This document shows, piece by piece, positions 13,046 through 27,000 of a stretch of 64,000 nucleotides of DNA (position 1 is the stretch's first letter; each line of letters starts with the position of its first letter). A model generated the notes under the pieces. That model had not been told where the DNA came from. It ran no database searches and saw only the letters and a list, made by a program, of their open reading frames with translations. The stretch is from the NCBI RefSeq assembly GCF_048593235.1, contig NC_133618.1, positions 161,909,162 through 161,973,161 on the forward strand. The letters run 5' to 3'. A program made the translations under genes and the position numbers. This stretch comes from Sminthopsis crassicaudata. Its lineage: Eukaryota.

Positions 13046-16000
13046 GTCTAGAGACCAGTGAAGCTGACAGGGAGTTGGTCAGGGTGGCATAGTAAACATG
13101 AGTTAAGAGTCATCACTTGATCCCACATTTTCCTATCTTTAAGTTTTTTTTTTGGGGGGGCTCACCTTCCTTTTCCCTCTTGCCTCTCTTGTAGGCTTTC
13201 TCTCACCTCAAAATTAAAGTAGAACCTAATTTCTGCTGATATTCTACCCAATTTAAACCTAAAGAAAGAAGATTGATATGTGCACAGACTGTAAATAATA
13301 GTTCTTCACCTTTTCCTTGCCTAAAGAGGAAGAAGTATGCACCAGGAAACTTGGCAGAAAAGCTCCTATTATTAATCATGTTAAATTCTGAGGATTGAAG
13401 CTTGTGCTAATTGCATGAGACATGAGAATACTTTCGGGTGTGACCGAACATTTAGCAGCAAAGATGGGCTGACCTAAACAATAGTTGTATAGTATATGTG
13501 TATGGTTCTCCTTAATCTCTATGGCTCATAGATATTGAAGGTAACTGGTAAATTCTGTGGCCTTTCCAATGAGAGAAAAAAGCCCAGGGAAGAAGAATTG
13601 TGCCCTTATCTTTAATAAACATCTTTGTGATTTTCATTCCATTATCTACTGTCATTGAGGCAGGACTGATGACCAGGTCAGCTCTTAGGTGGGAGCTTTG
13701 CATGAGCCTTCATTTAATTAATTTAGTTATTGGATACTGTAGCTTTAATTTCCTTTTGCTTTTGTCTGCCTGCAGAGATGTTAATATGCTCCTGCTTGGC
13801 CCATTTTTCATTCTCTGTGGAAATCCTGGCTTTCTTGAGCTCTTTAGGATAGATCCTCTGAGCTGAATTCTTCCAGCCAATGCAAAAATGTCAAGTTGGT
13901 ATCAATGTAGAAGACTCCAGTTGTGTTATTGCCCTGTGATTTGGATTAAAAAACCCCAAATCCTGTACCCATTTTCTTTATTTTCTAATTGAAAAGCAAT
14001 ATGGTATAGTGGATAGTAGGTTGGATTAAGATTTTGCCCCTGACCCTTATTAGTTGTATGTCCATGGGAGAATGAGTTTCAGTTTCCTAATGTATAAAAT
14101 GGGGACATTTATTATGTGTCTCAATGAAGCCTTAATGAAATAATATATGTAGAGAGCACTTTGTAACTTTAAAACACTTTATAGTCAGTTTTTATACTAT
14201 AAATATATGCTATGTTCTAAGGTTTTCTTTTTTTGCAGTTGGTTTCTTCCAGATTCTATTCTCCTCACACCCACCTTTTTTTCTTCTTCTTAGAAACCCC
14301 AAGCCAGGCCACACTAGAGAATATTTCATTTAAAATAAGGAAAGAGCATCTGACATGTTGCTGCCTTAGTGGGAAGAAAGTAGTTATGTCAGTTTTTTTC
14401 CACTTTATACCTGGTGAATCCTTTCCCTAAAGAGAAGCTAAGCTTTGGGTTCATTCGGTGATGGGATGGGATCTTGATTACTACCTTGAATTCCAAGACA
14501 AATGAGGCTTACCACATAAGCCAGAGAATCCTCACATACATGCTCCAGAAACTGGGGCCTTGTAGTTGCTTTATGACTATTGTAGGAGACTCTGGTGATT
14601 GTCCTTCTAATCTAAGGGATAACTAATTTCTCCCTGTTTCTGTGTCCCCTTACAATAAATTTTGTTGTCATTTCCTGAACACTGTGATCTAAGCCTGGAC
14701 ACTTGTCTGGTCAGGCTAATATAACCATTCGTCTGCTCTTGTGTGGGCCTTCCATAATTGGCAATGAAATTTATCTTATGGGTAAATAACTTCATTTTGC
14801 GCACAAAGGTACTTTCATGCAAAGTAAAGGATGGGACAATTCATATCCCAAACCTTGCATTTACAGCATTTATCACATCCCTTCTGAGACTGAAGCTGTA
14901 TCAATAATTTTCTTCATTTTATTTTTAAAAATGAAGAGGTTTAGAAGTTTTCTCATCTTCTAGATAGGTAAGAAAACTGGGGAGTAAGGTGGGGGAGGGA
15001 CTTTTAAAAGAGTATACAAAATAAGATTAGGAGGGTGGGGGAGAAGAAAAAGGGAGGGAATTTTAGAGGCATAGATAAAATAAGCAATAAGATGGCAAGG
15101 AAAAAAATGATAAGCTAAGGATATGAGGTAAAAAGAGAGGATGAGTAGGAAAATAGTGAGTGAAAAAATGGAGGGAAAATCACAAATTGTAATTAGAACT
15201 TTGTTAAATATTTGAGAATATGAGTCATTCCCCAATGGCAAATGATAGCCTTGTGCTCCAGAATTTATTCTCATTTTGCAGATCAGGAAACTAAAATCAG
15301 GGAGGATAAGATGTCTACCTGTCCAGGACCACATTGCTCTTTAGCTCCCAAGATGAGATTCCAACCTAGGTGTTCTTTTTTTTTTTCCTTTCTTTTCTTT
15401 TTTTTTTTTCCTAGGTGTTCTTTATTCTGTATTCAGCATTTTATCAATATGACTGTCTCTCAAAAACAAGTCAGCTAGAATCACCTATTAACTATATGGT
15501 CCTGGGTTTACTAGCTTCACAGGAGCAGAAATTTCTAGCTAGAGACAAAACCATAGCTAACTTCTGTTTTCATCTTTATGTTCTCTTCAGAAGAAAATTC
15601 AGCAATTTTGGGTAATGTTTCAGTATTCCATAATCCTTTTTAACCCAAAAAGACATTTCTGACATGATTCTTTCCTTAAAGATCACTTTCTATTTTTTCT
15701 CTTTATAGTGGAAATAGACATGAAAACATGGGGTCATGTTTTGCCATAAATTTCTTTTTTATATACTTAAGAATCATTGTTAACTTCTAGATTTTATATA
15801 CCAAAGGCAAAACACTTGATTCCTTTAGCTCCATTTTATAATCATAGATTCATATATTTAGATCTTAGGTTCATATATTTAGAGCACAGATTCAGATATT
15901 TAGAGCTTAAGGGACATTGGAGATCATGAAGTCTATTACCCCATTTTACATTAGAAAACTGAGGATTTGAGAGGTTAAGTGACTTGCTAAAGGTTACATA

Positions 16001-16581
16001 GAGGGTAAGTGGCTGAATTAAGATTTTGAATCAAGGGTCTCTGACTTCAGACCCAGTGTTCTTTCCAACTCTTATCCTTCCTTAGAAATGGGACAGGCTC
16101 CCTATTTTATAATTAATTAATAATTTCATTTTCATATTCTAGGTCTTCTCTAAGTTTTTCAAACTTTTAACTTAACGAGGCTATGGATTAAAGGGGTAGG
16201 AAGTGTTGTCTCTAACTTTAGCATTCACTTTAGTTATGCATAGGAGATGAGTTAATAATAAAGTCTCTGGTTTCCTCTAAAGTTTTGATGGACTTCTCGT
16301 GATCTCTCCTGGCCACTTGGTGGGGCTATAGACTGTTAATCTCTCTGCAGAGTGGCTTTTAGTTAGAAAAAGTAGATTCCTCTGTAAAGAAGTACTACAA
16401 CCCAGAGTTAGCCTTTATGAATTGCTGACCAGAATGAGGAACTGTAATTTAAATCTGAGATTTATCGATCTTAAATTAGGAGAGCCTGAATCTGTTTAAG
16501 TGTAGGTAATGACCTCATTTGATCCATTAAAAAAAAAAGATTCAACAAGAGCTAATTGGCTATTAAAACAAGGATTTGAGG

Positions 16582-16741
16582 GGGCAGCTAGGTAGCACAG
16601 CGGATAGAGTACCAGCCTTGAATTTAGGAGGACCCGAGTTCAAAACCTGGTCTCAGACACTTAACACTTCCCAGCTGTGTGACCCTGGGCAAGTCACTTA
16701 ACCCCAGCCTCAAAAAAACAAAACAAAACAAAACAAAAAAC
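16582..16741 (+). mobile_element. WSINE1-type SINE
   Basis: GGGCAGCTAGGTAGCACAG...; (AAAAC)n tail; 13-bp TSD CAAGGATTTGAGG at 16569-16581 and 16742-16754. Confidence 0.95.
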
Positions 16742-19145
16742 CAAGGATTTGAGGTTAGAGGTCTTGAATGAAGTTTCCCCATGCAACAGATATAGTAGAA
16801 AAAACAAGAATGATAGCCTGATAGCAAACTGAGGGATAGGCAAGATAACATGGTATGCTAAGAAAGGCACTGGACTGGGAATAAAGACGCTGAATTTAGA
16901 GCCAGAAGGATCCTTACAGGGTATCTAACCCAATGCTCTTATTTCATTGATGAAATAAAGGAGGCTAAATGACTTATGCACAGGTGCACAGGGAACAGCA
17001 CCAGGCTTTTGGACCAGGCTATAGCATTTAAAGCTAGACAGATCTAGTCCAGACTTCTTATTTTACAGATGAGGTAACTGAGGCACAAATACTTTTAAAA
17101 AATTCTCTAGAGTAGAACTGAGGTTTAAACCCAGATCTTTGGCCTTAAAATCCAAGACTTTTCTCACTATAGATCATTTCCTCTTACCTATGGATTTTAG
17201 TTCTGTTTTAGCTATTAAACATATTACGTGGGCAAATCATTCAATAGTAGCAAAATTCATCTTTACCTGTCAAAAAGGAATACTACTCCTTGCCATAGTA
17301 AGCAGGGGCAAAATGAGAGTGGAAAGTGAAAGTGTTAAAAACAATACTATACAAATGAAGGATTTTGGATTAGATACCTTTTTTTTTTGAATGTAGAAAA
17401 TAGAAGACTTGCTCCTCCAAATTAGGAAGAAAGTTGGGTGCCTCTAGGGTATGATTTTACTTTATTGGAACAGGTATAAACCATGAATCATGGTAGTGAA
17501 CATGAGAGAAAAGTGGCTGAATGGATGAGAGGAAGGGATTTTCAATTATGAGATAGGAAAAAGAATTCAGATAGAAATCAAAAGGTTGTCTAGAGGTCTT
17601 TTTCCTTTTCTGACAGATGAGCCTCAGAACCCTAAGGAGCTGTTCTGTCCATTAACACACACCTGACTTCCTTGATTGCTCAGAACCTTCAAAAACTGTG
17701 AGGAAGATGGCCATCATAGTGGAAAGTGAGCGTGCTCCAGAATCTTTCTGTTCTATTTGCTTCTCCCATGGTTGTATAGACCCAACTTTTTCCTCAATTA
17801 TCATCCTGGGTATAAATCTTGAGAATAAAATATTAAATTGGGGATATTATTTCCCTTCCCCAATCTCATTATTGTTGCCAACATTCTCCTACCAGCACTG
17901 TGAATACACAAAACACCAAGAGAACTAAGACCCAAAGAGCAAAATTTCCAGCTGTTTACCTTTTAGAAACCTACTTATATCCCTTTGAAATTCATCACCA
18001 AGTTCTATCAATTCTTTTAACAGCAGGTAAGTGATGTAGTTAAGTGATAGGATTTTAATGGGAGGTTACTGCTTTATTTAGCAATTTGGGAACTCAAGTA
18101 TCATCATTAAACATGGTTATGGTCTCACCAAGTCTCTAGGGAAGAAATGCCAAAACTTATTACTTTGAAAAAAATCATGGAAGTGAAGCATTGGAGTTGG
18201 TGACTCAGCCTGAATAAATTAGGAATGAACTTCAAGTAAAATTTAGAGTGAATAAAGAGCCAAACTTTNNNNNNNNNNNNNNNNNNNNNNNNNNNNNNNN
18301 NNNNNNNNNNNNNNNNNNNNNNNNNNNNNNNNNNNNNNNNNNNNNNNNNNNNNNNNNNNNNNNNNNNNNNNNNNNNNNNNNNNNNNNNNNNNNNNNNNNN
18401 NNNNNNNNNNNNNNNNNNNNNNNNNNNNNNNNNNNNNNNNNNNNNNNNNNNNNNNNNNNNNNNNNNNNNNNNNNNNNNNNNNNNNNNNNNNNNNNNNAAT
18501 GTCTATTTGTCTCTCCTTTCTTCTTTCCTTCTTTCCCTCCTCTTTTTCTTTCCTTCCTTCTCTCTTTTAAAGAAAAACCTTTCTAACTGCTTCCTAAATA
18601 GCAGCATTGCTTTATTCATCCCACCTTCAGATGCAAGTTCCTAAGTCTCTGGAAAGAGATAATATGGATTGCCCACTGGGATTTAAAAATGAATTCTAAT
18701 GACCTTGTGGTTTCTTGTCTGAAATAGTAAACTACTGACAAGTGACTTTCACCATTTTCTTGATGACTCAGTTCAGATGTGTGCCCTAATTTGGAAGACT
18801 ATTTTATTTTTGTATGTGATCTGTAAAAGTCTTCATATACTCAACAATCTAAGTATACAATAATTTTGAGTTAAAATATTGGTGATTATTTCTTAAGTTT
18901 TCTTTGTGTTCCTTGTTATTCATGCTATAGATATTCTGGATTTCCTGCACTTAAAGTGCATTTCATAAAAAGAGATTTATAATAGAGTCTAGTGAAAAAA
19001 GTGAGGAGTAAGAAATAGGGTTGATAATTAATGAAAATTATTTCTAGGGCATTAGTCCTCTGGGTAAAATATGAAGTATAATGTATGGCACTCTATAGAT
19101 TTTCTATGAGAAAAGTAACAATTATCTAGCATGGGAACAGCATAC

Positions 19146-19234
19146 CTGCAACCTTGGAATTGTAAGCCACTCCAACCCCACAGATGTTGTTATTGGCTGC
19201 TGCTGATACTTCCCCTGCACAGCGGGTCCCATGA
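19146..19234 (-). CDS. PCSK2: PCSK2 coding exon 7 (89 nt), contains catalytic His
   Basis: Minus strand: acceptor ttcttctctacag|TCATGGG, donor GTTGCAG|gtatgc. Translates (S)[29 protein letters not shown](G). The phase joins exon 6 (AG|T = Ser) and exon 8 (G|GA = Gly). Confidence 0.97.
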
Positions 19235-20159
19235 CTGTAGAGAAGAAGAAAGCTTACATTAAATACAAAGTCATCCAATGAGGTGGGTTTAAAGGACTTT
19301 GGAAAGAATTACTGAGGGAGGCTCTTGAAATTTTTTACCTAACCATAGAAACAAAAAAGATAACAAAAGATAGAATGATTATGTTAACAGGCACAGAAAA
19401 AGCCTTATAAGAAAAAAATACATTCATGTTACAAATTCTAAAAGAACAGACATGTGAGGGGCCTTTAATTGAAACTAAAACCTATATTGAAAATAATAGC
19501 TAGCGTTATTTATAATGAAGAAACATAAAATTTCCCAGTTAACAAGAGGCCACAGTATATCCTTATATTTATTTGACATAGTTCTGGAAATATTAGTCTA
19601 TAAATAGAATAAACCAAAGGTATAAATATCAGGAAACAGGAGATACAATTCTTTTTCTTTGTAGATATCATGATAATATATTTAGAAAACTTGAGTTAGT
19701 GAAGAAAATTTTTGTGATGATCAATAACTTTAGCTATTAATCTAGATACCTATAAAAATAAGCCTTTTATACACTACTGGTAGAAGCAGGAAGTAATAAG
19801 AAAATTTCATCCAAAATAATTACAAAATGCATTAAATGTCTGAATTAAACTTATCAAGATATAAGCAAGATTTACATAAATACAATAATAAAGCAGTCTT
19901 TTTAAACATAGAGACAAATAATTGAAGAGCTATTCTCTGCTTATAGGAGAGTTTTGCCAACATAATAAAAATAAAACATGTATCTAAACTAATTTTTAGA
20001 TTTAGTGCTATATTATTTAGATTACTAAGTGGACACTTTATAGATCCAGACAAACAATAGAAAAATTTATTTGGAACAATATAAGGTTTGGAGTCTCAAG
20101 GCTGATAATAATAAAAAGTACAAATGAAGGGCTAATGACATTACTAAACTTCAAATGAC

Positions 20160-20375
20160 ATACTGGCCCTGGAGTCAGGAGGACTTGAAGTCAAATCTGA
20201 TCTCAGACAGTTACTAGTGACCCTGGTCACTAACTCTATTTGTCTCAGTTCTTCATCTGTAAAATGAGCTGGAGAAGAAAATACTCCAATATTTTTGGTA
20301 AGAAATCTCCAAATCTTTATAGAGGGTTGGATATCACTGAAATGATTCACCAAGAACAATAATAACAATAACAGC
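20160..20375 (+). mobile_element. MAR1-type SINE nested in the old L1
   Basis: CORE body plus tail CTGGAGAAGAAAATACTCCAATATTTTTGG...AAC repeats. Confidence 0.75.
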
Positions 20376-20400
20376 TCATAGGTGTTAAAACTATTTGGAC

Positions 20401-20587
20401 TGGGGCAGCTAGGTAGCACAGTGGATAGAGCACCAGCCCTGAAATCAGGAGGACTTCAGTTCAAATCTGGCTTCAGACACTTAACACTTCCTAGCTGTGT
20501 GACCCTGGACAAGTCACTTAACCTGAATTGTCTCAGCAACAACAACAAAACAACAACAACAACAAAACAAATAAACAACAAAAAACA
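20401..20587 (+). mobile_element. WSINE1-type SINE nested in the old L1
   Basis: Full SINE body, (CAA)n tail, TSD TATTTGGAC at 20392-20400 and 20588-20596. Confidence 0.93.
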
Positions 20588-21974
20588 TATTTGGACAGGT
20601 AAAAACGTTGCAAAATGGACCAGTGGGAAAAAGTAGAAAAAAAACCCAGAAGTAATCAAAATAATTAGTACAGTGATTGATAAATCCAAGAGCATAACAT
20701 AAATTCCTGGGGGGGATTTCCTTTGCAAAGAACTTCTGGGAAAACTGGAAAGTATTTTGGTACAATTAGGTCTATACCATCAATTTACACCCTGCCACCA
20801 TAATAAATTCAGAATGAATATGTGACCTCAATATAAAAAGTTATGCCTTAAAATAAAAATTAAAAACTGGAATAGAATGAGCTCATATATTTTTGATAAT
20901 TATGAGTAGGGAAGAATTCTTAAGTAAACAGAGGAAGGAAAATATAATAAAAAATGCTTCCAAAAATGAAAAACTTTTGCAAAAACAAAATCATTGAAAA
21001 TAATAATAGAAGAGAAAAGGTAGATAGAGTGATAAAATATTTATATTAAAGGTCATTGATAAAAGTTTGATATTCAAAATTCAAAGGGAATTGACACAGG
21101 AATATTGCAGCAAGGACATTTCCACTGTAGATGAAAGATCAAAGGATATGAATAAACAGTTATTAAAAGAAGAATTGAAACTACAAATGATCAGATGAAA
21201 ACATTTTCCAAATCACTACTAGTAAGAGAAATGCAAATTAAAACAACATTGTGGTGTTACCTTACACCATGCAATTTGCATAGATGACCCCAAATGGTTT
21301 TTGAGGGATTGTGAAAAGATAGGCACAATAATACTTTGTACATGGAACTATGAACTATGAAGAATGAACTACTCTAAATACTAATCAGGAGTTACACAAG
21401 AAAATTGACCAAATTGGCCATATCTTTTGATTCAAAAATATAAATATTATGCAAATATACTAAAGAAATTAGAGACAGAAACAAATATCCAATATATGCC
21501 CAAATATTCCCTTCATAAAAACAAGGTAGAATTCTTGGAGAATTATGAGGGGAAAACTATGAATGTGATGAAATGATACAGTGAAGTAAGAAGTAACAAA
21601 TATGAAAAATTTAGAGAAGCATGAGAAAATTTCTATTCATTGTTGTAGAATGAAATAAGTTGTTCCAAGACACAAAAAAATCTAGTTGTAATAGCAATGT
21701 AAATGAAAATATCACTAAAAGCAAACTGAATTCAGAGTAAATGAAATACTGGTTAAAGTCTCATAGAACAGATAATGACCCTCAGATTGGTTCTAGCAGG
21801 ATAGACAGTAGTACATACATTGTTAGATGCAAATGTGCTCATAGTATCTGATGATTTTACTTTTTTTCTTCTCTATTTTTCTAAAAAAGAACTCTCATCC
21901 CTATTAGTGTCAGGAGAGCAGGTTACTATAATCTTGCAAATAGTGTTTTCTTCTAATTTTTTAGATAAAAATTT

Positions 21975-23810
21975 GTATTGACAGGCAGAGATGAAAAGGG
22001 AGATCATTCTAGGAAAGGGGAATAGACATTACAAAGGTATAGAGATGAAAAATGGCATGACTTTTGCAAGGGAGGAAATAAAGAGAGTTAGTATTTATTA
22101 AATGTCTACCACATGATGGGAAACTGTGCTATAATACAGTCATCTCATTGCCACTATTATTCCGATTTTACAGATAAAGACAATGAGGCAAACAGAGATT
22201 AAGTGAGTTGCTAGTACATGTCTAAGGTCAGATTTGAAGGTGGGTTTGTTTTCTTTTTTGACTGTGCCACATACTTGTAAGGAATGGAAAGTAGGAGAGT
22301 TTTTGATTTAATAGAGGAAAGATATTTATGATGCTGAACCATTTGAAAACACCAAAGACTTTGATCATGAGAACTTTTTTCCCCAGGTCTTTAGCAGCTG
22401 TGACTACTGAGGAGACAGAGCCTATCTACAGGGGAAATTGCCAGGTCACATTTCAGGAAGAAGTGGTTCTCTGGATGAAGGCTCTGAGGGGTAGGTTGGA
22501 AGGTGGATGGACCTTTGGTCTAGGGGGTGTTGTTTTCTTTCCCAGGGTTCTTGTGCTTACTTATCCATGATGATTGGTCAATGATTGGTGTTAATGGTAG
22601 TAGGGTTAGAAGCAAGGTCAGAAGTCTATGGGACATGGCTTTTCCCAGTGCTCTTGAGGCTACTCCCTTGTTGGTAGTCTGTTGGTATTGGCTGGTCAGC
22701 CAGTCACTCACCAAGCATGTTGATGGTAGAAGAGAAGGGTTGCTCCTTTAACTGAGGGCCAGACTAAAAAGAAGGTCTGTGGTTTGGATCTGGGGTTTTA
22801 TAATTCCTGGGGCTTCTCTATGAGGGTCTGAAGGGCACTGGACACATTTTGTATCTCATCCCTCCCTTAAGATACCTTGCTGCTTCAGATTGATTTGCCA
22901 AATAGAACTTTGTCTCTGATTCTTGAGGTAATTGGGATTCTTATTTTAATAAGTAGATGGGTACTGGTGGTGATGGTGGAGAGGTGGGCAGACTTACACT
23001 ATAGAAAAATCAGTAACTGTGTGGAGGATGGATTGGAATGGGGAAAGATGTGAGGCAGAGAGATCAATTAAAAGGGTATTGCAATAGCACTAGTGAGAGG
23101 TATTGTGGTCCTGGACTTGTTTGGTGGCTGAGTGGAGAGAAGGGGAGGTATATTAGAGATCAATCAATAAATCGCCAAAAAATTATTAACACTTTACTAT
23201 TATAAAGTACCTACCAGACACTATTATAGAGGGAGAAATGATAGGATTTGGATTTGATTTGTAGGATGAAAGTGAAGAATTAAAAATGAGACTGAGATTT
23301 TGAATGGAAAGATAGAGGTTTTCTCTAAGGGAATAGGGAAATTGGGAAAAGGTGAGAGTTTTGTGAGGAAAGATAATGAATTATGTTTTGAAAATGTCAA
23401 TTTTAAGATGTCTATGAGACATTTTATTGGCAGTGTCCAAAGGTACTTGAAAAATTGGAGCTCAAGAAAGTGACTAGAATTGGATACATAGATGTAGGAA
23501 CCTGAGAGAGAACTGCTGAAATCATCAAATGAATCTCTAAGTATAGAGGTAAAAGAAGAAAGGGCCTAGACTTGAGGCTAGGGGGATACTCATAGTTAAT
23601 GGGCATGACATGGATGAAGAACTAGCAAAGAAGAATGAGAAGCATTCAGATAGGATACAAGGTAGAGGAAAACCACTAGTTAGCTTTGTCACAAAAATCC
23701 TAGATAAGATAATTGGGGAGGAGATAGTGACTAACAAAGTTGAATGTTATGAAAAGATCAAGAAAAATGAGAACTAAGAAATGGTCATTAGACCTGGCAA
23801 TTAAGAAATC
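21975..23810 (-). mobile_element. L2 (minus strand), interrupted by a MIR and a solo LTR
   Basis: Purine-rich plus strand with inverted L2 motifs (e.g. TTTTAAGATGTCTATGAGACAT, GAGTCATC-like, GCAATTAAGAAATC). Confidence 0.7.
22345..22952 (+). mobile_element. Candidate old solo LTR inserted in the L2
   Basis: Two inverted CCAAT boxes (TGATTGG at 22571-22577 and 22582-22588), TTTATAA at 22797-22803, poly(A)-like AATAGAA at 22901, and a U5-like end. The segment is non-L2 sequence interrupting the L2. Confidence 0.5.
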
Positions 23811-23811
23811 A

Positions 23812-24075
23812 GACAGCTAGGTGGTGCAGCAGATGGAGAACTTGGCCTGTGGTCAAGAAGAAAAATTTAAATCTAACCTCAGACATTTACTAGCTGAGTG
23901 ATCCTGAGCAAGTGGATTAATTTCTATTTGCCTCAGTTTCTTCACCAGGAAGTAGGAACAGCACCTACTCCCAGGGTTATTGTGAGGATTAAATGAGATA
24001 ATAACTGCTAAGTGTTTAGCACAGTTCTTGGCATATGGTAAGCATGATATAAATGTTAATTCTTTTTCATCATCA
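23812..24075 (+). mobile_element. MIR
   Basis: CAGCTAGGTGGTGCAG...GCCTCAGTTTC...GGGTTATTGTGAGGATTAAATGAGATAATA... Confidence 0.8.
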
Positions 24076-27000
24076 TCATCACTGATAATTCTGTAAAGGT
24101 CAGTTTTATTTGAAGCATGAAGTATAAACTTTTTCCTCCCCTTAACCATTCCCCTTTCCTCCATATCTAAGAAAACAAAATCATTTGCCTGCAGAAAAAA
24201 ATCTAAAGGGAGAAATAATAAGCAAACAAATAAGCTATATGCTGAATGAATAGGAATTACTTAACAGAGAGAAGGCACTGGAATTAAAAGGCATTGGGAA
24301 AAGCTTCCTGTAGAAGATGGGATTTAGTTATTATTGAAGGAAGCCAGAGACAGAAATTAGGAGGAAATGTTTTCCAGGCATGGAAGTGTCTGTGTGGAAC
24401 ATCAAGGAGACCAGAATCATTAGACCAAAGAATTATGTGGTGGNNNNNNNNNNNNNNNNNNNNNNNNNNNNNNNNNNNNNNNNNNNNNNNNNNNNNNNNN
24501 NNNNNNNNNNNNNNNNNNNNNNNNNNNNNNNNNNNNNNNNNNNNNNNNNNNNNNNNNNNNNNNNNNNNNNNNNNNGATTGGAACTGCACTGTGGAAAATC
24601 ACTTTGGCAGATGAACAGAGGATGGACTGGAATGGGGAGAGACTGGATGCAGATAAATTTATCAACAGGCTACTTCCTTGATTTTCTCTAGGTTTGCTCT
24701 GATTTCTTTGAAATCATTAGTATTTGGGTTGGTACTCATTTTAATATTTGTTTTTAGCCATGAATATAGTCCTGCTGAGAAGAGGTTGGACTATACCATC
24801 TTTTTAGAATGTCTTACTCTTTACTGCTACAATTTCTAAGGCACATTTTACAAGTTTGGAGTTTTCTCGATGAAAACTGTCTAGAAAGACATTGTACTTT
24901 GCAGAGGATACTTACTGGCTGTGTGGTCCTGAGCAAAGTATTTAATATCTGTTTACCTCAGTCTCCTCATCTGTAAAATGAAATAACAATAGCACCTAGC
25001 TCCCAAGGTTTTTATGAAATCAAATGAGATTAAAAAGTGCTTAGCAGTATAAAATAATTAATAAGTGCTACATAAATTAATTATCATCATCATCTTTCAA
25101 AAAATAAATCAAAGTTTGTAGGGATCTTGGATTTCTAATTTTAAATATAAATCCTAAACTATCCCAAATGTTAAAATTTAAACCTGATCATCAGGAATCT
25201 CAAGACAATTGGATGTGCCTGGAAGATTCACAGGTCAATTTCACTGAAACCTATATTTATAACCTTATAAACTTTGGAAACAGAAACATTGGTGATACCA
25301 TTCTTTGGACAAAGAGAGCTGAAAAAATGGATGAATTAAACCTTTCAATATTTTCTGATATCTTTTACAATTGTATGGATAGACTTTGTCTGTTGGAAAT
25401 ACTTAATGAGGGTTTATACTTCTATCATCCAAATAATGGCTTAAAATACTTCACACAAAGGAGCCCATGGATTGCATTTCCTAGAAATGGTGTATTCTAG
25501 CTTCATGTTTCACTTATGCTGTTTGGGTAAGCATAGCTTTTACACTAATTTCATTTCATTTTATTTTTTAAAATCATAACCCCATGAATCTCTTATTAGA
25601 CTCACTTCACACAAGTGAATTTTAAAAAAACCCTTTTTCCATAAAACATGTATCTCCAGTGGGCTCAGAAATCCTTTTGTGAAGCTTTAAAGGAGGAATG
25701 AAACTAAAATATGTATATTGCATGAGGAGAAAGCCTTTCAATCACTCAGCAGGTTGTGTTCTACAAACTGCCTTTGGTGGTAAAAGATCTGGGGAGAACT
25801 TTGGGTTGCTAGGCACCCTTTATCCAGTTACCTTCAGGATTGTTATCAGTCTTATTTGAGAATTTAAGAAGGCACTTCATCTCAGTTTGCTGATAACTAG
25901 GAGTCCATCACAGACATTACTTTTATGGTTACCATCATCTATATGCCAACATACATCTCATAATATACTGTTATGAAGATTCAGCATTTTGAATCAATTA
26001 GGCAATGTGTTTTAGTGGACATAGGGCTAACCTTGGAATTAGAAGCCTAGATTTAAGTCCTTCCTTGGACCCAAATAACTGAGTGACCCAGATAAGTCTT
26101 ACTCAGTGTCTCAGTTTCTTCATTTGTAAGAAGTAATATTTACCCCACCTATCTCACTGGATTATAGTGAGGAAAGACATTTGTAAACCTTAAGATAAAG
26201 ATTACACACACATACACACACACACACACACACACGCACACACACGCACACACATGCACACACACATACACACACACATACACACCTATGTGTAAATAAT
26301 CTTTGTTGTTTAAATGGTCCTGATTTATCATTTAAATAAGTGCTTTGCTGAAAATGCTGAAACAGATAATCTGGGTATTTTTGAGTCTTATACTTTACAA
26401 GAAGCCTTTCCCATTCCCTCTGAGATTATCTCCAATTTATCCTGCTCATATTTTATTTGTAAGTATTTGTTTGCCCGTTGTCTTCTACTTAGACTTTTAG
26501 TTCCATGAGTTCAGCAGGGACTGTCTTTTGCTTTTCTTTGTATCCCCAGTGATTAGCAGAGCACTCAGAACATAATAAGTATTTGATAAATTCTACTTGA
26601 TTGACAAATTCTTGATGTTTAAATAATGAGTAGGAATTCTCTTCCATGCTTAATTTTTCACAGCACTTATTGAAAGTCAGAAACATCTAATAATGAACTC
26701 CAAATCAGAAACGAGAGGTTAGCATCTCACCTGTAGCCCATTGACTGCATAGATCCCTAAAACTAAGTCAGATTTAAATGTGGTCTGGAGACCAATTTAT
26801 TATGTACTTCAGAGTCTCACTGAAAGAGATACCAGCTTTCTAGCCTGCGAGAAGCACACTGACAATCTTGGAAAAGACAGTCACTTGAACTCCTTGTATT
26901 TTAATGGTAACTTGTAAGAATTAAAAGCCTACTATGTGCCCAGGACTGTGCTAGGTGATAAGAGGCACACTGATAAGTAAAACACAACTTTTTTTTTTCT

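Larger units (their letters stand above)
19330..21800 (+). mobile_element. Old, heavily decayed L1 ORF2 segment (RT to C-terminus)
   Basis: A-rich plus strand with recognisable L1 ORF2 relics (e.g. AGAGAAATGCAAATTAAAACAAC near 21226); interrupted by MAR1 and WSINE1. Confidence 0.75.

Noticed and set aside
25168-25500. 110-aa ORF in unique sequence
   Set aside because: No recognisable homology, no splice context, antisense to PCSK2; a length expected by chance.
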